A stretch of DNA of 64,000 nt from an uncultured Alphaproteobacteria bacterium (GTDB taxonomy: Bacteria; Pseudomonadota; Alphaproteobacteria; Rs-D84): the NCBI GenBank assembly GCA_946623825.1, contig CAMORN010000002.1, positions 20,237 through 84,236 on the forward strand. The letters are read 5' to 3'. The notes beneath the pieces are model-generated. The model ran no database searches, was not told the origin of the DNA, and was given only the letters and a program-made list of their open reading frames with translations. Within the stretch, counting starts at the first letter, position 1. Every line of letters starts with the position of its first letter. The position numbers and the translations under genes were made by a program. This document shows, piece after piece, positions 39,772 to 50,492 of the stretch.

Positions 39772-40443
39772 ATGATAAAGAACCTTTATATATTCAGACA
39801 TGGTGAAACAGATTATAATGTTGCCCGCCGTATGCAAAGTGTTTTAGATATTCCATTAAACCAAAACGGTATTCATCAGGCAGAAGAATTAGCAAAAAAA
39901 TTAGCAAATGTGAATCTGGGGTGTATTTATACATCTAAATTGGGACGTGCAATTGAAACGGCAAAAATTGTAGCGAAAACAAATAATACACCTGTTATTG
40001 TTGATGACAGATTGCATGAATGGGACCTTGGGGTGTTCAAGGGTAAAATTTTAAATGTAATCAAGGCACCAAAAAACACACCGATAGATTTAACAAAAGA
40101 TACGGTTTCAATTCCGCGTTTGTTATTGATAGACAATGATTTTGTTCCTGAAAATGGTGAGAGTTTTAACACATGTATAAATCGCGTTAGTGATGCGCTG
40201 GATTATATCGTGAAAAATACGGATTCTGAAAATATAGGTATTGCGACACATGGTGGTGTAATCAGGGCGATTTTAACAAGATATACAAACTATGCTAACG
40301 GTGGTATGCCAAATGCAGATTATATGATATTGCAATGGGACGGAAAAAAATTCAAATTATTGGAAAAACCAAATTGGTTAAAAGTTAAACATCCAATTGT
40401 ATTAATTAAAGATTTTGCGAGCAGGGTGTTTCATTGTAGATAA
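39772..40443 (+). CDS. Histidine phosphatase superfamily protein (phosphoglycerate mutase-like)
   Basis: The LYIFRHGETDYN catalytic RHG motif, and a second His in IATHGGVIRA. Confidence 0.75.
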   Translation: MIKNLYIFRHGETDYNVARRMQSVLDIPLNQNGIHQAEELAKKLANVNLGCIYTSKLGRAIETAKIVAKTNNTPVIVDDRLHEWDLGVFKGKILNVIKAPKNTPIDLTKDTVSIPRLLLIDNDFVPENGESFNTCINRVSDALDYIVKNTDSENIGIATHGGVIRAILTRYTNYANGGMPNADYMILQWDGKKFKLLEKPNWLKVKHPIVLIKDFASRVFHCR

Positions 40444-40475
40444 AAAAAAAGACCCTTAAACAAGGGTCTTTTTTA
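40442..40475. terminator. Bidirectional terminator between convergent genes
   Basis: AAAAAAAAGACCCTT-AAAC-AAGGGTCTTTTTT. Confidence 0.65.
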
Positions 40476-40490
40476 TTTGATTTTTAGAAA

Positions 40491-43400
40491 CTATTTTGCA
40501 TTGTTTGCTTGTTCTATAGTTTCTTGGATAATTGCAGAAGCAATTTGTTTTTTCTGTTCTTCTGAATATTCGTGATTCGCCATTATTTCTGCCAGACGTT
40601 CAGATGCTTTTTTCCAAACTTTTTTAGCAGAATCTGTTTTTGCCTTGGCAAGTTTCTTCTTGGCAAGTTTAGCAGCATAATCAGCAGATGTTACATCTTC
40701 TGCTGTTGTGTCGCCGAATCCTTTGAAAAATGCAGATATTGCTTGGCCAAAGCGTCTTGCTTTTGTTTTTTGACCATCTGCTTCTATGCCTGCAACTTTT
40801 GTTTTGCCACGTGCAGTTGTTGCAGCTACATTTGCGGCACCTTGTGCTTCTAATATTCTTAATTTATTTTCTAATTCAGCCAATTTCAAACGGGCGTCCA
40901 TTGCGCTTTTACCACCCATGCTTTTGAATTTTTCAACTTCTTTTTCTAATAAATCAAGTTCTGCCAAACGACGGTCTGTGCTGTGTTGTTGGCCCATATC
41001 TTCCATTTTGAATTGTGCGCGCAATTCAATAATCTTTTTACCGATTTTGCCCATGGCTTTTTCGTCCAGATGAGCAATTGCAACACCATCTTTCAAAGAT
41101 ACATCTGCAAGATCTTCAATGCTTATGTCTTTGTATTCTTTGTTTAAAGCCTTTATGCCACGTGCGCGTTCAATGGCGCGTTTGTTTTTTGCTTTTACGT
41201 CTTCTATTTTCATTTGGTTTACTCCTTGTTGTATTTGTAGGTTAATATTATGAATTCCTTTTATAGTTTTTTGTGTACCGTGATACACGGATTGCATTAT
41301 TTTATAAGTTATATCTTTACATCTGCCGAAAAATCCGCGTTTTGCAGGTTTTTCTTCTGGTTCGTTTCCATCATTTGGTTTTGGTGGATTAACAATCACA
41401 GGTGTTTCTGGTTGTATATTTTCCGTTGGTGGCATTATAACAATACCGTCAGAAGGTCTGGCAACATTTCGTGGAATATCAGGTCTTTCATCAGTTTGTG
41501 TATTTTGGGTTCCGTCTATTTGATGATCAATTCTGTCGCCACGATCAGCCAATGCACCCGCGCGTTCACGCATACGGGTTAAATATTCATCAGGTACAAC
41601 ACGTGGTTCATATATTCCAAATGTTCCAATTCCAGCAGGGAAAGCCAATTCGTTTGGTGTAAATATACTGGTGGTTTCATTGGTTATGATTGGAATATCG
41701 TTAAATACCTGACCTGAATGTTCAACATATGTTGAATAAACATCATTTCCAGGAATCAAAACACCATTTGCATCGTATGTTGCGTTTGCTGGTAAATCAT
41801 AATTTACCGGTGCGTTTGGAATATATCCAACGGTGTTTATAGCAGAAATGTGTGGATTAAAATGTTCAAACGCTGCGAGTGCTTCTGGTGATAAATTTAT
41901 TTCAGAACCATTTATGGAACCACGTAACGCAGATAATGCATCTGAATCTAGGCCGATATTATGGAAATAACCATTCCCAAGATTATGGTCTGTTGCGTCA
42001 TGCCATGCTAATAAATAGCGAACTGCGTCATCATGGCTTAAACCTGCGTTCATTAAACCGCTAATTCTGGTGTCAAAAGATTGTTGTGTTTCCCAATTAT
42101 TATTCAACATCATTTCTTCGTGATGTTCAATAACACCATCATTATAAACGCGTTGTGTTGTTTCGGTTTGATTTATTGTTGTATGTTCTGTTTTGAATAA
42201 TGTTGAATCTGTGTTTTCGTTCACATAGTTTATAACACCATTCATGGCCCAACGACCAAACAAACCACCAGCGACCACAGAACCAGATACAGCCAAAGCG
42301 CCAGCCAATGCCTGACCACGGGTATAGCCAGAATTTATTGCGTCTTTATATGTCATAACACCAGATGATGTTCCGCCAACTGCCATTGCAGACAGGCCAA
42401 ACGCACCTGCTAATTCAGGGTTCCCTGTTGCCATACTGATTACAGCGGCAACACCCAAACCAGATGTTAAAGCCGGTCCCCAATTTCGTTTATCTGAAAA
42501 GAATTCTTTTATACCATGTGGTTTTCCTGCTTTCTTTTGTTCACGACGCCATTTAAATCCCTGAACAATCATATTGCCGATACCCAGTGTTGTTCCAATT
42601 GCGGCGCCTGCATATGCGATACCGGTTGCTTTTCCTATGAATGTAAGTCCAGCAGATACGGCGGTAGCAGTCAGGAAATTTTTCAAAGAACGACGAAAGA
42701 AACTGATTTTCTTTTTACGACCATCAGCACCGGTTTTTTCTGTTCTTGTTTTTGATAATTTATCAATATCATTAACAGCTTCAAAAGGACGCATAACAAT
42801 TTTTTTATCATTGCCGACATGTTCTGCCATCATTCCTGCAAAACCAGCAGCCTGATTAACCTGAGCGTCCAATGCGTCTTGATAACCTTCGTCTGTTATT
42901 TCTCCGCCATCTGTTTTAATAGAATCCCAAAATTCATCAACTTCCTGTTGGGTCAAAGGCTTGTGTTCTGCAACCCCAGAAACACTTTGGTCAGGCACAG
43001 ATATCTCCGCCATTTTCCATGGGATAGATTCTGATAATTCAGATTCAAGATTTATATCTTTAACTTCTGTTTCAAGGTCGCCCACATTTCGCATATTTAC
43101 ATCTGTTTTTGCCAATGATATTATGCGATTTAATCTGCCGTTCGGGTCCAATTTATACCCCGGTTTAAATTCAGATTGTGTTTTTCCGTTTTCATCTAAA
43201 AATTGAGGAATCGGTTTACCATTTTCGTCTAAAAACTTGTATTTAGATAATGTTGATAATATTTCATCGTTTATTTCAACATCTTTTAATGAATTTGCAA
43301 TTTCTTGCCAACGTTTATCCAGTTTTTCAGCATCTTCCGGTTTTAAATTTTTCAGATTCCACATATCTGAATACAAAGATACAATTTCTTCAAGACGAGC

Positions 43401-44228
43401 GAGAGATTCTGATATATTTTGTCTGACGGTTTCTTTGTATTTTTTTGTTGTATTATTGTCGGTTGTTTTTTCGCGGACATCTTTTTCGCGAATCTGACAC
43501 ATTTTGCGGTATCCAGCATAAACATCTGCAATATTTGATGGGTCAGAATAAAAATAATCAACTTTCTTTGCAAAATTATTTATCAGATAATCAATGCGTT
43601 TCGCCAATGTTAAAAATCTGTCTGCTGCATCTTTGTTGTTTTTGTCTTTCATATATTGTTCACGAGCAAACAGATACGCATCTGTTAAAATTTTTGGTGG
43701 AACCAATTCGAATAATTCATTGTTGCCAACAACTAAAGATATAAAATTATTTGCATATTGTTGACGTTGTGTTTCTGTCATATTTACAGAATTTATAAGT
43801 TCTGCGACCTGATTTGGAGTCAGATTTTTTTCGTCTGTATCAGACGGAATTAAACCCATGTCACGCAGAATACCCAAAGAAATTAAATCAAATTTAATCT
43901 GGTTTTGGTCCGATGTCAGCGAAAAAATTCTTTGATTATCAGCCGCGTTTTCTGCGTTTTCCAATGAATCAATAATTGATTGATATTTTGCCATTGCGCG
44001 TGCGCCAATTTCATTCAGGACATTATTTCCGTCTGCATCTTTTGTCATACAGCAAGTTTCTATGATTTTTTGCAATTCTGGCAACGCAGATTGTTCAATA
44101 TCAATTTTTTCATTAATAAAATTATCAAGTAATCTGTTAGCTATTTCGATAGATTCTTCGCGTGAATCTGGGGACGAATACATATCTAGAATTTCTTGTA
44201 ATCTAGATTTAGTATATACTAGTTGCAT
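40491..44228 (-). CDS. Large (about 1245 aa) hypothetical membrane protein with extended coiled-coil regions and a central Gly/Ala-rich multi-TM block
   Basis: Central segment ...TAVSAGLTFIGKATGIAYAGAAIGTTLGIGNMIVQG...LGVAAVISMATGNPELAGAFGLSAMAVGG...ALAGALAVSGSVVAGGLFG has 4-5 predicted TM helices. Long heptad-rich N- and C-terminal regions. The likely start is MQLVYTKS (ATG at 44228) with RBS AAAGGA; the ORF-track N-extension up to 44318 contains a TATAAT box. Confidence 0.5.
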   Translation of the reverse strand: MQLVYTKSRLQEILDMYSSPDSREESIEIANRLLDNFINEKIDIEQSALPELQKIIETCCMTKDADGNNVLNEIGARAMAKYQSIIDSLENAENAADNQRIFSLTSDQNQIKFDLISLGILRDMGLIPSDTDEKNLTPNQVAELINSVNMTETQRQQYANNFISLVVGNNELFELVPPKILTDAYLFAREQYMKDKNNKDAADRFLTLAKRIDYLINNFAKKVDYFYSDPSNIADVYAGYRKMCQIREKDVREKTTDNNTTKKYKETVRQNISESLARLEEIVSLYSDMWNLKNLKPEDAEKLDKRWQEIANSLKDVEINDEILSTLSKYKFLDENGKPIPQFLDENGKTQSEFKPGYKLDPNGRLNRIISLAKTDVNMRNVGDLETEVKDINLESELSESIPWKMAEISVPDQSVSGVAEHKPLTQQEVDEFWDSIKTDGGEITDEGYQDALDAQVNQAAGFAGMMAEHVGNDKKIVMRPFEAVNDIDKLSKTRTEKTGADGRKKKISFFRRSLKNFLTATAVSAGLTFIGKATGIAYAGAAIGTTLGIGNMIVQGFKWRREQKKAGKPHGIKEFFSDKRNWGPALTSGLGVAAVISMATGNPELAGAFGLSAMAVGGTSSGVMTYKDAINSGYTRGQALAGALAVSGSVVAGGLFGRWAMNGVINYVNENTDSTLFKTEHTTINQTETTQRVYNDGVIEHHEEMMLNNNWETQQSFDTRISGLMNAGLSHDDAVRYLLAWHDATDHNLGNGYFHNIGLDSDALSALRGSINGSEINLSPEALAAFEHFNPHISAINTVGYIPNAPVNYDLPANATYDANGVLIPGNDVYSTYVEHSGQVFNDIPIITNETTSIFTPNELAFPAGIGTFGIYEPRVVPDEYLTRMRERAGALADRGDRIDHQIDGTQNTQTDERPDIPRNVARPSDGIVIMPPTENIQPETPVIVNPPKPNDGNEPEEKPAKRGFFGRCKDITYKIMQSVYHGTQKTIKGIHNINLQIQQGVNQMKIEDVKAKNKRAIERARGIKALNKEYKDISIEDLADVSLKDGVAIAHLDEKAMGKIGKKIIELRAQFKMEDMGQQHSTDRRLAELDLLEKEVEKFKSMGGKSAMDARLKLAELENKLRILEAQGAANVAATTARGKTKVAGIEADGQKTKARRFGQAISAFFKGFGDTTAEDVTSADYAAKLAKKKLAKAKTDSAKKVWKKASERLAEIMANHEYSEEQKKQIASAIIQETIEQANNAK

Positions 44229-44378
44229 ATGTAAAAATCCTTTCTTTCGTTGACTCCGTTTGTGCTTCTTTTCTCTCCCCTTGCGATATATTATACACTT
44301 TTTTAGGTCTTTATTCAAGTATGTTGAAATACATAATATAGGTTTATATATAATTAAAAATCTGGTATAATACGCGGT

Positions 44379-46229
44379 ATGAACAAAGATTTAGATAATT
44401 ATTTATATTATTCCGATGTTATGACGAAAATTTCAGATTCTGTTGATGATTCTGAAAATGACATAATAGACATTTTAAATGTTTATTACAAAGAATTGCG
44501 TACATTAGCATTTATGAATTATTGTAATAATGATGTTTTGCCAGATGCTGTAAATACATATCTGAAAATTCTTTTTAAATTGCCGAAACAGGCTGCAATA
44601 GAATCTTTTAATTTTATGTATGATAATTATGAGAAAATCATAACAAAAAAATCTGTAATATTTATTGTTGGAAAATATCCTGAAACAGCGGATTCTGTAT
44701 TTGAAAAAATATATAAATCTTTGAATGAAAAATATTCTGAAAATAAATTGTTGTTTTTATATTTGGTTGTTCAGAACACCAGTGGCGCAAAAAAGAAATT
44801 TTTCTTGAAACAGATTTTTGATTATTTGAATAATGGTTCAAATATTATAAGAATTTCTAAATTATTAAGTTTTCATAATGAAAATAATTTTGTCCTTGAT
44901 ATAGATGATTCTGTTATCGATGTTTTGATAGAAATGGCTGATATTGCATTAATGTCGCCAATGCTGAATACAGAAATTGTTGAATCTATAATAAATCTGA
45001 TGGCAAGAATATATAAAAAGCCAGAACACAAAAACAGCGCGGAAAAAATTCTTGAAAATATAAAAACCAGAACAGATATAATAAATTCACATCAAAAAAG
45101 AACTATTGCCAGAATTTTTAATGATACAGAAAATTTGCGCAGTGATGTTGAAATTGCAAAACGGGTGGAAAAAACCGCAATAAATGAATATGGATACCAG
45201 ATTGTAGAACAAATTCCGGTTGATGAAGTATGTTGTTTAATATTGGGTGGAAATGGTGCAGATAATTCAAAAAAAGCAAACGGATATATGAAAGAAATTG
45301 AATATTTGCTGAATACGAATGGTTTAAATACGGCTGTTAATGTTTATGGTGTTGCGTATGATTTTGGTGAATCTGAAGATGTGAAATATTCATTTAACGA
45401 TGGGCGTGCGCGTATAAGAATGGCTTTCGAACACGGTCGTCGCAGATTGCATTCTTTGGTGTCGCACAAACTTGAAAGATATGTTTCTGAAAAACAATTT
45501 AATAATGATTCAGAAGAACAGAAAGACCCAAGATATATTAAAAAAATATTTGATATTGCGATTTTACCACGAATATCCCAAGACGGTAAAAAGATAGATG
45601 TTGCCTTGGCAAAAAGGTATATTCGAAATTTAAATATTTTTGTGCATTGTCATGGTGGATATACTTTCATAAAATTGGAAGAAATGATGCAGGCAAAAAT
45701 GGCTGAATTGGGCTATACAAAGCAAGAAATGAAAGATATTCAAAAACAATTATTGTGTATTGGTTTTGCACCATATTGTCCGTTGGGAATATCAAAATCT
45801 ACATTTATCAGTTTTTGTTCTGCGATGGATTTTAACAGCAAATATTTTAATTTGTTCGAATTATTGGGGCGTCCTTTGTTCAAAGAAGGTATCGCATGGT
45901 TCCCAGATAATTTAGGAAATGTTTTTGTTGTTTCTGAAATTGGTCAGAATAGAAATATAGAAGAACATATGGCTTATATTGGTACTGCGGGTGGAATTGG
46001 TATGTCGGACGCGGGTAAAATAATGGTTCAAATGGAAAAGAACGCAATTGTAAACGGAATTAAAAATTCATTAGACAATGGAACGGTTCCAAATGTGAAA
46101 CAATTGGTTGCGGGTGATGATATTGAAATGAGACACGAATTTGAAACAGCGGTAATAAATGGTCGTGAAAAATATAAAGCCATGTTGGAACGCATAAAAA
46201 AAGAGAGAGAAAATGGCAGAAAGATTTAA
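44379..46229 (+). CDS. Hypothetical protein (616 aa)
   Basis: Long ORF with host-typical codon usage, divergent from the 1245-aa gene. No family recognised. Confidence 0.4.
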   Translation: MNKDLDNYLYYSDVMTKISDSVDDSENDIIDILNVYYKELRTLAFMNYCNNDVLPDAVNTYLKILFKLPKQAAIESFNFMYDNYEKIITKKSVIFIVGKYPETADSVFEKIYKSLNEKYSENKLLFLYLVVQNTSGAKKKFFLKQIFDYLNNGSNIIRISKLLSFHNENNFVLDIDDSVIDVLIEMADIALMSPMLNTEIVESIINLMARIYKKPEHKNSAEKILENIKTRTDIINSHQKRTIARIFNDTENLRSDVEIAKRVEKTAINEYGYQIVEQIPVDEVCCLILGGNGADNSKKANGYMKEIEYLLNTNGLNTAVNVYGVAYDFGESEDVKYSFNDGRARIRMAFEHGRRRLHSLVSHKLERYVSEKQFNNDSEEQKDPRYIKKIFDIAILPRISQDGKKIDVALAKRYIRNLNIFVHCHGGYTFIKLEEMMQAKMAELGYTKQEMKDIQKQLLCIGFAPYCPLGISKSTFISFCSAMDFNSKYFNLFELLGRPLFKEGIAWFPDNLGNVFVVSEIGQNRNIEEHMAYIGTAGGIGMSDAGKIMVQMEKNAIVNGIKNSLDNGTVPNVKQLVAGDDIEMRHEFETAVINGREKYKAMLERIKKERENGRKI

Positions 46230-46273
46230 TATTGAAAAAAATTGCGTTTTGTGATATAATACACAACACAGGG

Positions 46274-46332
46274 CGACGAAATAATTCGTCGTTTTTTGTT
46301 TTAAATTTGCCGGTATTTGCCGGCCTTTTTTT
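46274..46332 (+). terminator. Two tandem terminator hairpins
   Basis: CGACGAA-ATAA-TTCGTCG + TTTTTT (46274-46297) and GCCGG-TATTT-GCCGGC + TTTTTTT (46306-46332). Confidence 0.55.
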
Positions 46333-46353
46333 ATAAAAAAATGGAGTTTAATT

Positions 46354-46827
46354 ATGTCAAGACAAATACAAATCAGACGCGGAAGCGCAACTGAAAATGA
46401 TAATTTTACCGGTGTAATCGGTGAAATCACCATGGATACAACAAATAAAACCCTGCGTGTTCATGACGGCGAAACAGTTGGCGGAACGGTATTGGCAAAA
46501 CAAAGCGAAATACCAGACATAGCCAATGCAGATTATGTTATTGAATTTCAACGCCCGAATGCCACGAATAATTATACATGGTATCGGAAATATAAATCTG
46601 GTTGGGTTGAAATGGGTGGTGAAATAACAACAAATATAAACACAGTTGCTTTACCAATCGAAATGGCAGACAATCATTACATATTATTAAGAACACAGGT
46701 TGGTTCAGCAATGCAATCACAATATCCAGCATGGGTTGCGGGATACAATTCCAAAACAACTACAAATTTTACTATATCGAATATATCTGTAAATAATATA
46801 TGGTATGCGTGTGGTATGGCCGCATAA
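46354..46827 (+). CDS. Phage tail-fibre-like protein with Mtd_N-type N-terminal domain (orphan)
   Basis: IQIRRGSATENDNFTGVIGEITMDTTNKTLRVHDGETVGGTVLAKQSE parallels the N-terminal domain of the Bordetella phage major tropism determinant and related tail fibres (VQFRRGTTAQ...TGA.GEl.vDTDk.tlvvHDG.T.GG..LA). RBS TGGAG. No other phage genes nearby. Confidence 0.45.
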   Translation: MSRQIQIRRGSATENDNFTGVIGEITMDTTNKTLRVHDGETVGGTVLAKQSEIPDIANADYVIEFQRPNATNNYTWYRKYKSGWVEMGGEITTNINTVALPIEMADNHYILLRTQVGSAMQSQYPAWVAGYNSKTTTNFTISNISVNNIWYACGMAA

Positions 46828-46849
46828 TAAATAATATGAAACATCACTT

Positions 46850-48331
46850 TTAGTGGTGTTTCATATTTTGTTTGATAAATTTAATTGCTGAATTAATATC
46901 ATCAAAAGGAATCTGTTTAATAATTTCATCAGGCAAATTCCACCATTGTAATTTCAACAATTCTTTTCTTGTTTTTTCGTCAAAACGATAACGAATTATT
47001 CGTGCAGGAACACCCGCAACAATCGCATATGGTGGAACATCATGTGTCACAACAGAACACGCACCAACAATTGCACCATTTCCGATTTTTACACCGTTTT
47101 TAACAAAAACATCGTCGCCAATCCAAACATCATTACCAATAACAATAGGTTCACAATAAAAGAAATTATTGTATGATTTTGCTTCTTTGTTTTTCCATTT
47201 CAATAAATCAAAATAAAAATAAGGCGATGTTGATAAAAAATCTTTTGGGTGTTCACCATGTCCCAAACGAACATTTTTGCCAATGGAACAAAAATGGCCA
47301 ATAACGGTTTGTTCTTTGTTTGCAACATTTAAATTTTTTGTAAAATATGAACAACGACCACAATTTTTTATGTTAGGAGTGAAAAAACCATTACGGCGTA
47401 TTTTCTTTTTGTATTTTATAAACAATATGCGTTTTTTAATGTATCTTTCGCCAATGTGTTCTGAATAAAACAGTCTTTTAAGTGTACCGGTGAAATTATA
47501 TGTCCAACGCAAACGGTTCTTGATTAAATTTTGGCGGAAATTTCCACGAAAATGTATAAGTGATAAAGCGGAACGCATTAAACCTTTGTCTTTTAAATTA
47601 TGTTGTTTGTAATATTTTTCTATATCAAGAGCAGATATTAAATGACCTTGCTTTGAAATTTTAGACAGGTTATGAGTAATTTGATTTTCGTGTTGTCTGT
47701 GCATATATAATTCTTGGTTCACAATCATAATTTTTTTTGCAAACCATAATGTTAAAATATGAAAAGGCACATCATGCAATTTATTGTATCTGGCTGGAAA
47801 TTTAATGTCATTTTTTTCTATTAAATCACGACGAATAATTTTTGTCCATTGTGGATAAAAACATGTATTTATTTCTGATTTTTTTTGTTGTGGTAATTCG
47901 CCACTTTCAAACCATGGATACACAATGCGCGCACTGGAATTTGTGGTGTCATCAAATGTTCGACCATAACACAAAGCCATATCGGCATTTTCAGAATCAA
48001 TCGCATCAAACATTTCTTGCAGATAATTTTTTTGATATTTATCATCTTGGTCCAAGAAACAAAAATATTTACCATTTGCATGTTTCATACCGAAATTCAA
48101 ACTTTCGCCCGGTCCAGAATTAGTGTTGTTGAAAACATGAATTCTTGAATCTTTTTTTGCGTATTCATTTAACACTTTCGCGCTGTTATCTTTTGAACCA
48201 TCATTTACAATTATGAATTCCCAATCTTTGAAAGATTGATTTAAAACACTTGGTATGCTGTCGTTTAACCATTGTTCACCATTATAAACAGGCATAATAA
48301 CAGAAATCATAGGCATTGTTTTTTTAGACAT
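46850..48331 (-). CDS. Fusion protein: family-2 glycosyltransferase (N) + hexapeptide-repeat acetyltransferase (C)
   Basis: N-terminus [42 protein letters not shown] (GT2 DXD-type). C-terminus [48 protein letters not shown] (left-handed beta-helix acetyltransferase). Confidence 0.7.
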   Translation of the reverse strand: MSKKTMPMISVIMPVYNGEQWLNDSIPSVLNQSFKDWEFIIVNDGSKDNSAKVLNEYAKKDSRIHVFNNTNSGPGESLNFGMKHANGKYFCFLDQDDKYQKNYLQEMFDAIDSENADMALCYGRTFDDTTNSSARIVYPWFESGELPQQKKSEINTCFYPQWTKIIRRDLIEKNDIKFPARYNKLHDVPFHILTLWFAKKIMIVNQELYMHRQHENQITHNLSKISKQGHLISALDIEKYYKQHNLKDKGLMRSALSLIHFRGNFRQNLIKNRLRWTYNFTGTLKRLFYSEHIGERYIKKRILFIKYKKKIRRNGFFTPNIKNCGRCSYFTKNLNVANKEQTVIGHFCSIGKNVRLGHGEHPKDFLSTSPYFYFDLLKWKNKEAKSYNNFFYCEPIVIGNDVWIGDDVFVKNGVKIGNGAIVGACSVVTHDVPPYAIVAGVPARIIRYRFDEKTRKELLKLQWWNLPDEIIKQIPFDDINSAIKFIKQNMKHH

Positions 48332-48938
48332 TTTTTAATAATTCCTTTTTATTGTAAATTATTGGTTGATATATTTTTTCAGCAACTTTGCGTTTCTTTA
48401 ATAATTTTGCAGGAACACCAGCCAATATATAAAAATCATCATATTTTTTACCAAGAACAACCGCGCCAGTTCCAACAATTGAACCGCAACCAATTTGAGC
48501 GCCACCCTGAATTGTACAATTTGCACCAATCCATGTGCCAGCCCCAACGATAATTTCTTGGTTTTCAGATACATCGGAAAAATCTTCGACATTGTGTGTG
48601 CCTGCAACAAATATGACATTTACAGATGTAAAACTGTTTTTTTTGATTGTAATTTTATTCCAAGCCATAAATGTATTGTTATCGTTAATTATAACATTGT
48701 CTTCAATTTTTAAATTTTTTGGACGAAAGATAAAACAATTCGGTGCAATACGAACATTTTTTCCAATTTTTGCACCACAAAACCGCAACAAAGAATTTTG
48801 AAGTTTTGTTTCGCGGCTAGAATAATTAAATATCCCAAGAAATTTAAGTAAACCAGACAATATTATCGGATTACGATTCAATAAATTCTTAAAATACTTT
48901 AAATGAATAAAATTCAATATTGCACGACGAATCTTCAT
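48324..48938 (-). CDS. Hexapeptide-repeat sugar O-acetyltransferase
   Basis: [34 protein letters not shown]...LAGVPAKLL. Confidence 0.7.
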   Translation of the reverse strand: MKIRRAILNFIHLKYFKNLLNRNPIILSGLLKFLGIFNYSSRETKLQNSLLRFCGAKIGKNVRIAPNCFIFRPKNLKIEDNVIINDNNTFMAWNKITIKKNSFTSVNVIFVAGTHNVEDFSDVSENQEIIVGAGTWIGANCTIQGGAQIGCGSIVGTGAVVLGKKYDDFYILAGVPAKLLKKRKVAEKIYQPIIYNKKELLKNV

Positions 48939-49777
48939 CTTGTTTTACCCAGTATTTTATTTAATTTGTCTGTGTTCCCATAAATTAAAGGAGAATCATA
49001 TTTTCTTGATGGATACGCACCAAATTCAGGTGTTATCTGTAATTTATTTGTTTTTATGAATTCTTCCACTTTGCTTTTTAATGTTGTTGGTTTTCCAGAA
49101 CATACATTTATAATACCCGTTACAGATGTTTGAATGCTTGCGCGTGTTATGTATTCAGCTAACTTTTGTATATTGATAAAATCATATTGGTTTGTTCCAG
49201 AAACAAAAGGAAATGTCTTTTGTCCATTTTTAGCCATTTCCAAGATTTTAGAAAACACGGAATGATTTGCCCAATCATCGCCAGTTATATAAAACGCACG
49301 CAACCATTTAATCGCAACATCTTTGTCTGCGGTGTATGTTAACAATGCCTGTCTCAGAGAATTTTTTGCAATACCATATAAAGACATTGGGTTGCATGGT
49401 GTGTTTTCGTTTATTTCGCCTGTGAAATAGCCAACTTCGTGCATAGACCCCATAACAGAAATATTTTTACACCCAGAATCAATCATGTTTTTAATAAAAG
49501 AATAATGATTGCTTAAATACATTAAATGCGCATCTGAATTGTGTGAAAAACCGTCTTTCCATGCCAAATGCAATATAGCATCTGGTTTGCCCAATTTTTC
49601 ATATAAATCATTATCTTGTGCATGTTGCAATATATCAATGTTTTTATATTCTATGTTTTCAGGTAATCTTGAATTACTGAAATCCACAGCAATTAAATCA
49701 CAAGATTTTGTTTCTGTGATATATTTCACAATATGTGAACCGATATAACCATTTGCACCAGTAATTAATAACTTCAT
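48935..49777 (-). CDS. NAD-dependent epimerase/dehydratase family protein (short-chain dehydrogenase/reductase fold)
   Basis: MKLLITGANGYIGSHIVKYI Rossmann motif; 280 aa. Confidence 0.65.
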   Translation of the reverse strand: MKLLITGANGYIGSHIVKYITETKSCDLIAVDFSNSRLPENIEYKNIDILQHAQDNDLYEKLGKPDAILHLAWKDGFSHNSDAHLMYLSNHYSFIKNMIDSGCKNISVMGSMHEVGYFTGEINENTPCNPMSLYGIAKNSLRQALLTYTADKDVAIKWLRAFYITGDDWANHSVFSKILEMAKNGQKTFPFVSGTNQYDFINIQKLAEYITRASIQTSVTGIINVCSGKPTTLKSKVEEFIKTNKLQITPEFGAYPSRKYDSPLIYGNTDKLNKILGKTR

Positions 49778-49790
49778 TTTTGTACCTTTT

Positions 49791-50492
49791 TTAATCTATT
49801 ATTCCGCCGTGCCATGTGATGTCAGATTTTACAATTTTACATGGGTTTCCGGCATATATACTGTTTGGTTGTGATAATTTGCTTGCACAAACACTTGAAT
49901 GTCCCAAAATACAATTTTCTGGAATATTAGCACCTTTTAATAAAACACATGATGCGCCTATCCAACAATGGTTTCCTATGCTGACACAAGATTTTTTATT
50001 GTTTATACATTTACCATTCATATCAAAAATAGGATGTGTATCTGTGGTATATATTTCTATGTCATAAGATAAAACAACATCTTTGCCTATTTTCAAAGAA
50101 GTGCCTTTTTCATTTAACATGTGTACACGAACACCACCGATTGCGGTATTTTCGTCTATAAATACAACAGATTCATTATATGCCTCTATTTTTGTATAAT
50201 TTAAACATGATTTATGTATGGTAATCACACAATCGTTTATCAAATGAAATTCGCAAGTTTTAAATTTTATTGGATAAAATAATTCTATTGTTGAATTTTT
50301 ACCATTAAAATGAACCTTTAATTCAGGAATTCTGTGTGGATTCGTGATAGTTTTGCCATTTGGTAAATGAATAATAATTTTATTATTATGACGATATTTT
50401 ATACGGTTGGCTTTTACATACAATGCCCTGAATTTTTTACGCAATTTTTTAAATGGTATAAAATAACATATAACAGACATAAATTTTTGCAT
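49791..50492 (-). CDS. Hexapeptide-repeat acetyltransferase
   Basis: CVSIGNHCWIGASCVLLKGANIPENCILGHSSVC left-handed beta-helix repeats. Confidence 0.6.
   Translation of the reverse strand: MQKFMSVICYFIPFKKLRKKFRALYVKANRIKYRHNNKIIIHLPNGKTITNPHRIPELKVHFNGKNSTIELFYPIKFKTCEFHLINDCVITIHKSCLNYTKIEAYNESVVFIDENTAIGGVRVHMLNEKGTSLKIGKDVVLSYDIEIYTTDTHPIFDMNGKCINNKKSCVSIGNHCWIGASCVLLKGANIPENCILGHSSVCASKLSQPNSIYAGNPCKIVKSDITWHGGIID

Noticed and set aside
40572-43744. About twelve short plus-strand ORFs (40572-40853, 40730-40927, 41250-41582 and others) inside the 1245-aa minus-strand gene, and similar antisense ORFs inside accC (467-769), pheT (1745-2101), topA, gyrB and aspS.
   Set aside because: All are antisense shadows within long coding genes, with low-complexity or Cys/Phe-rich translations and no translation signals.
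44283-44415. Possible inverted duplication at the divergent starts of the 1245-aa and 616-aa genes (both translate MNKDL...).
   Set aside because: Nucleotide identity between the two arms is only about 60% in AT-rich DNA. The first gene's true start is more likely the downstream MQLVY (RBS-supported), so the shared MNKDL is probably coincidence.
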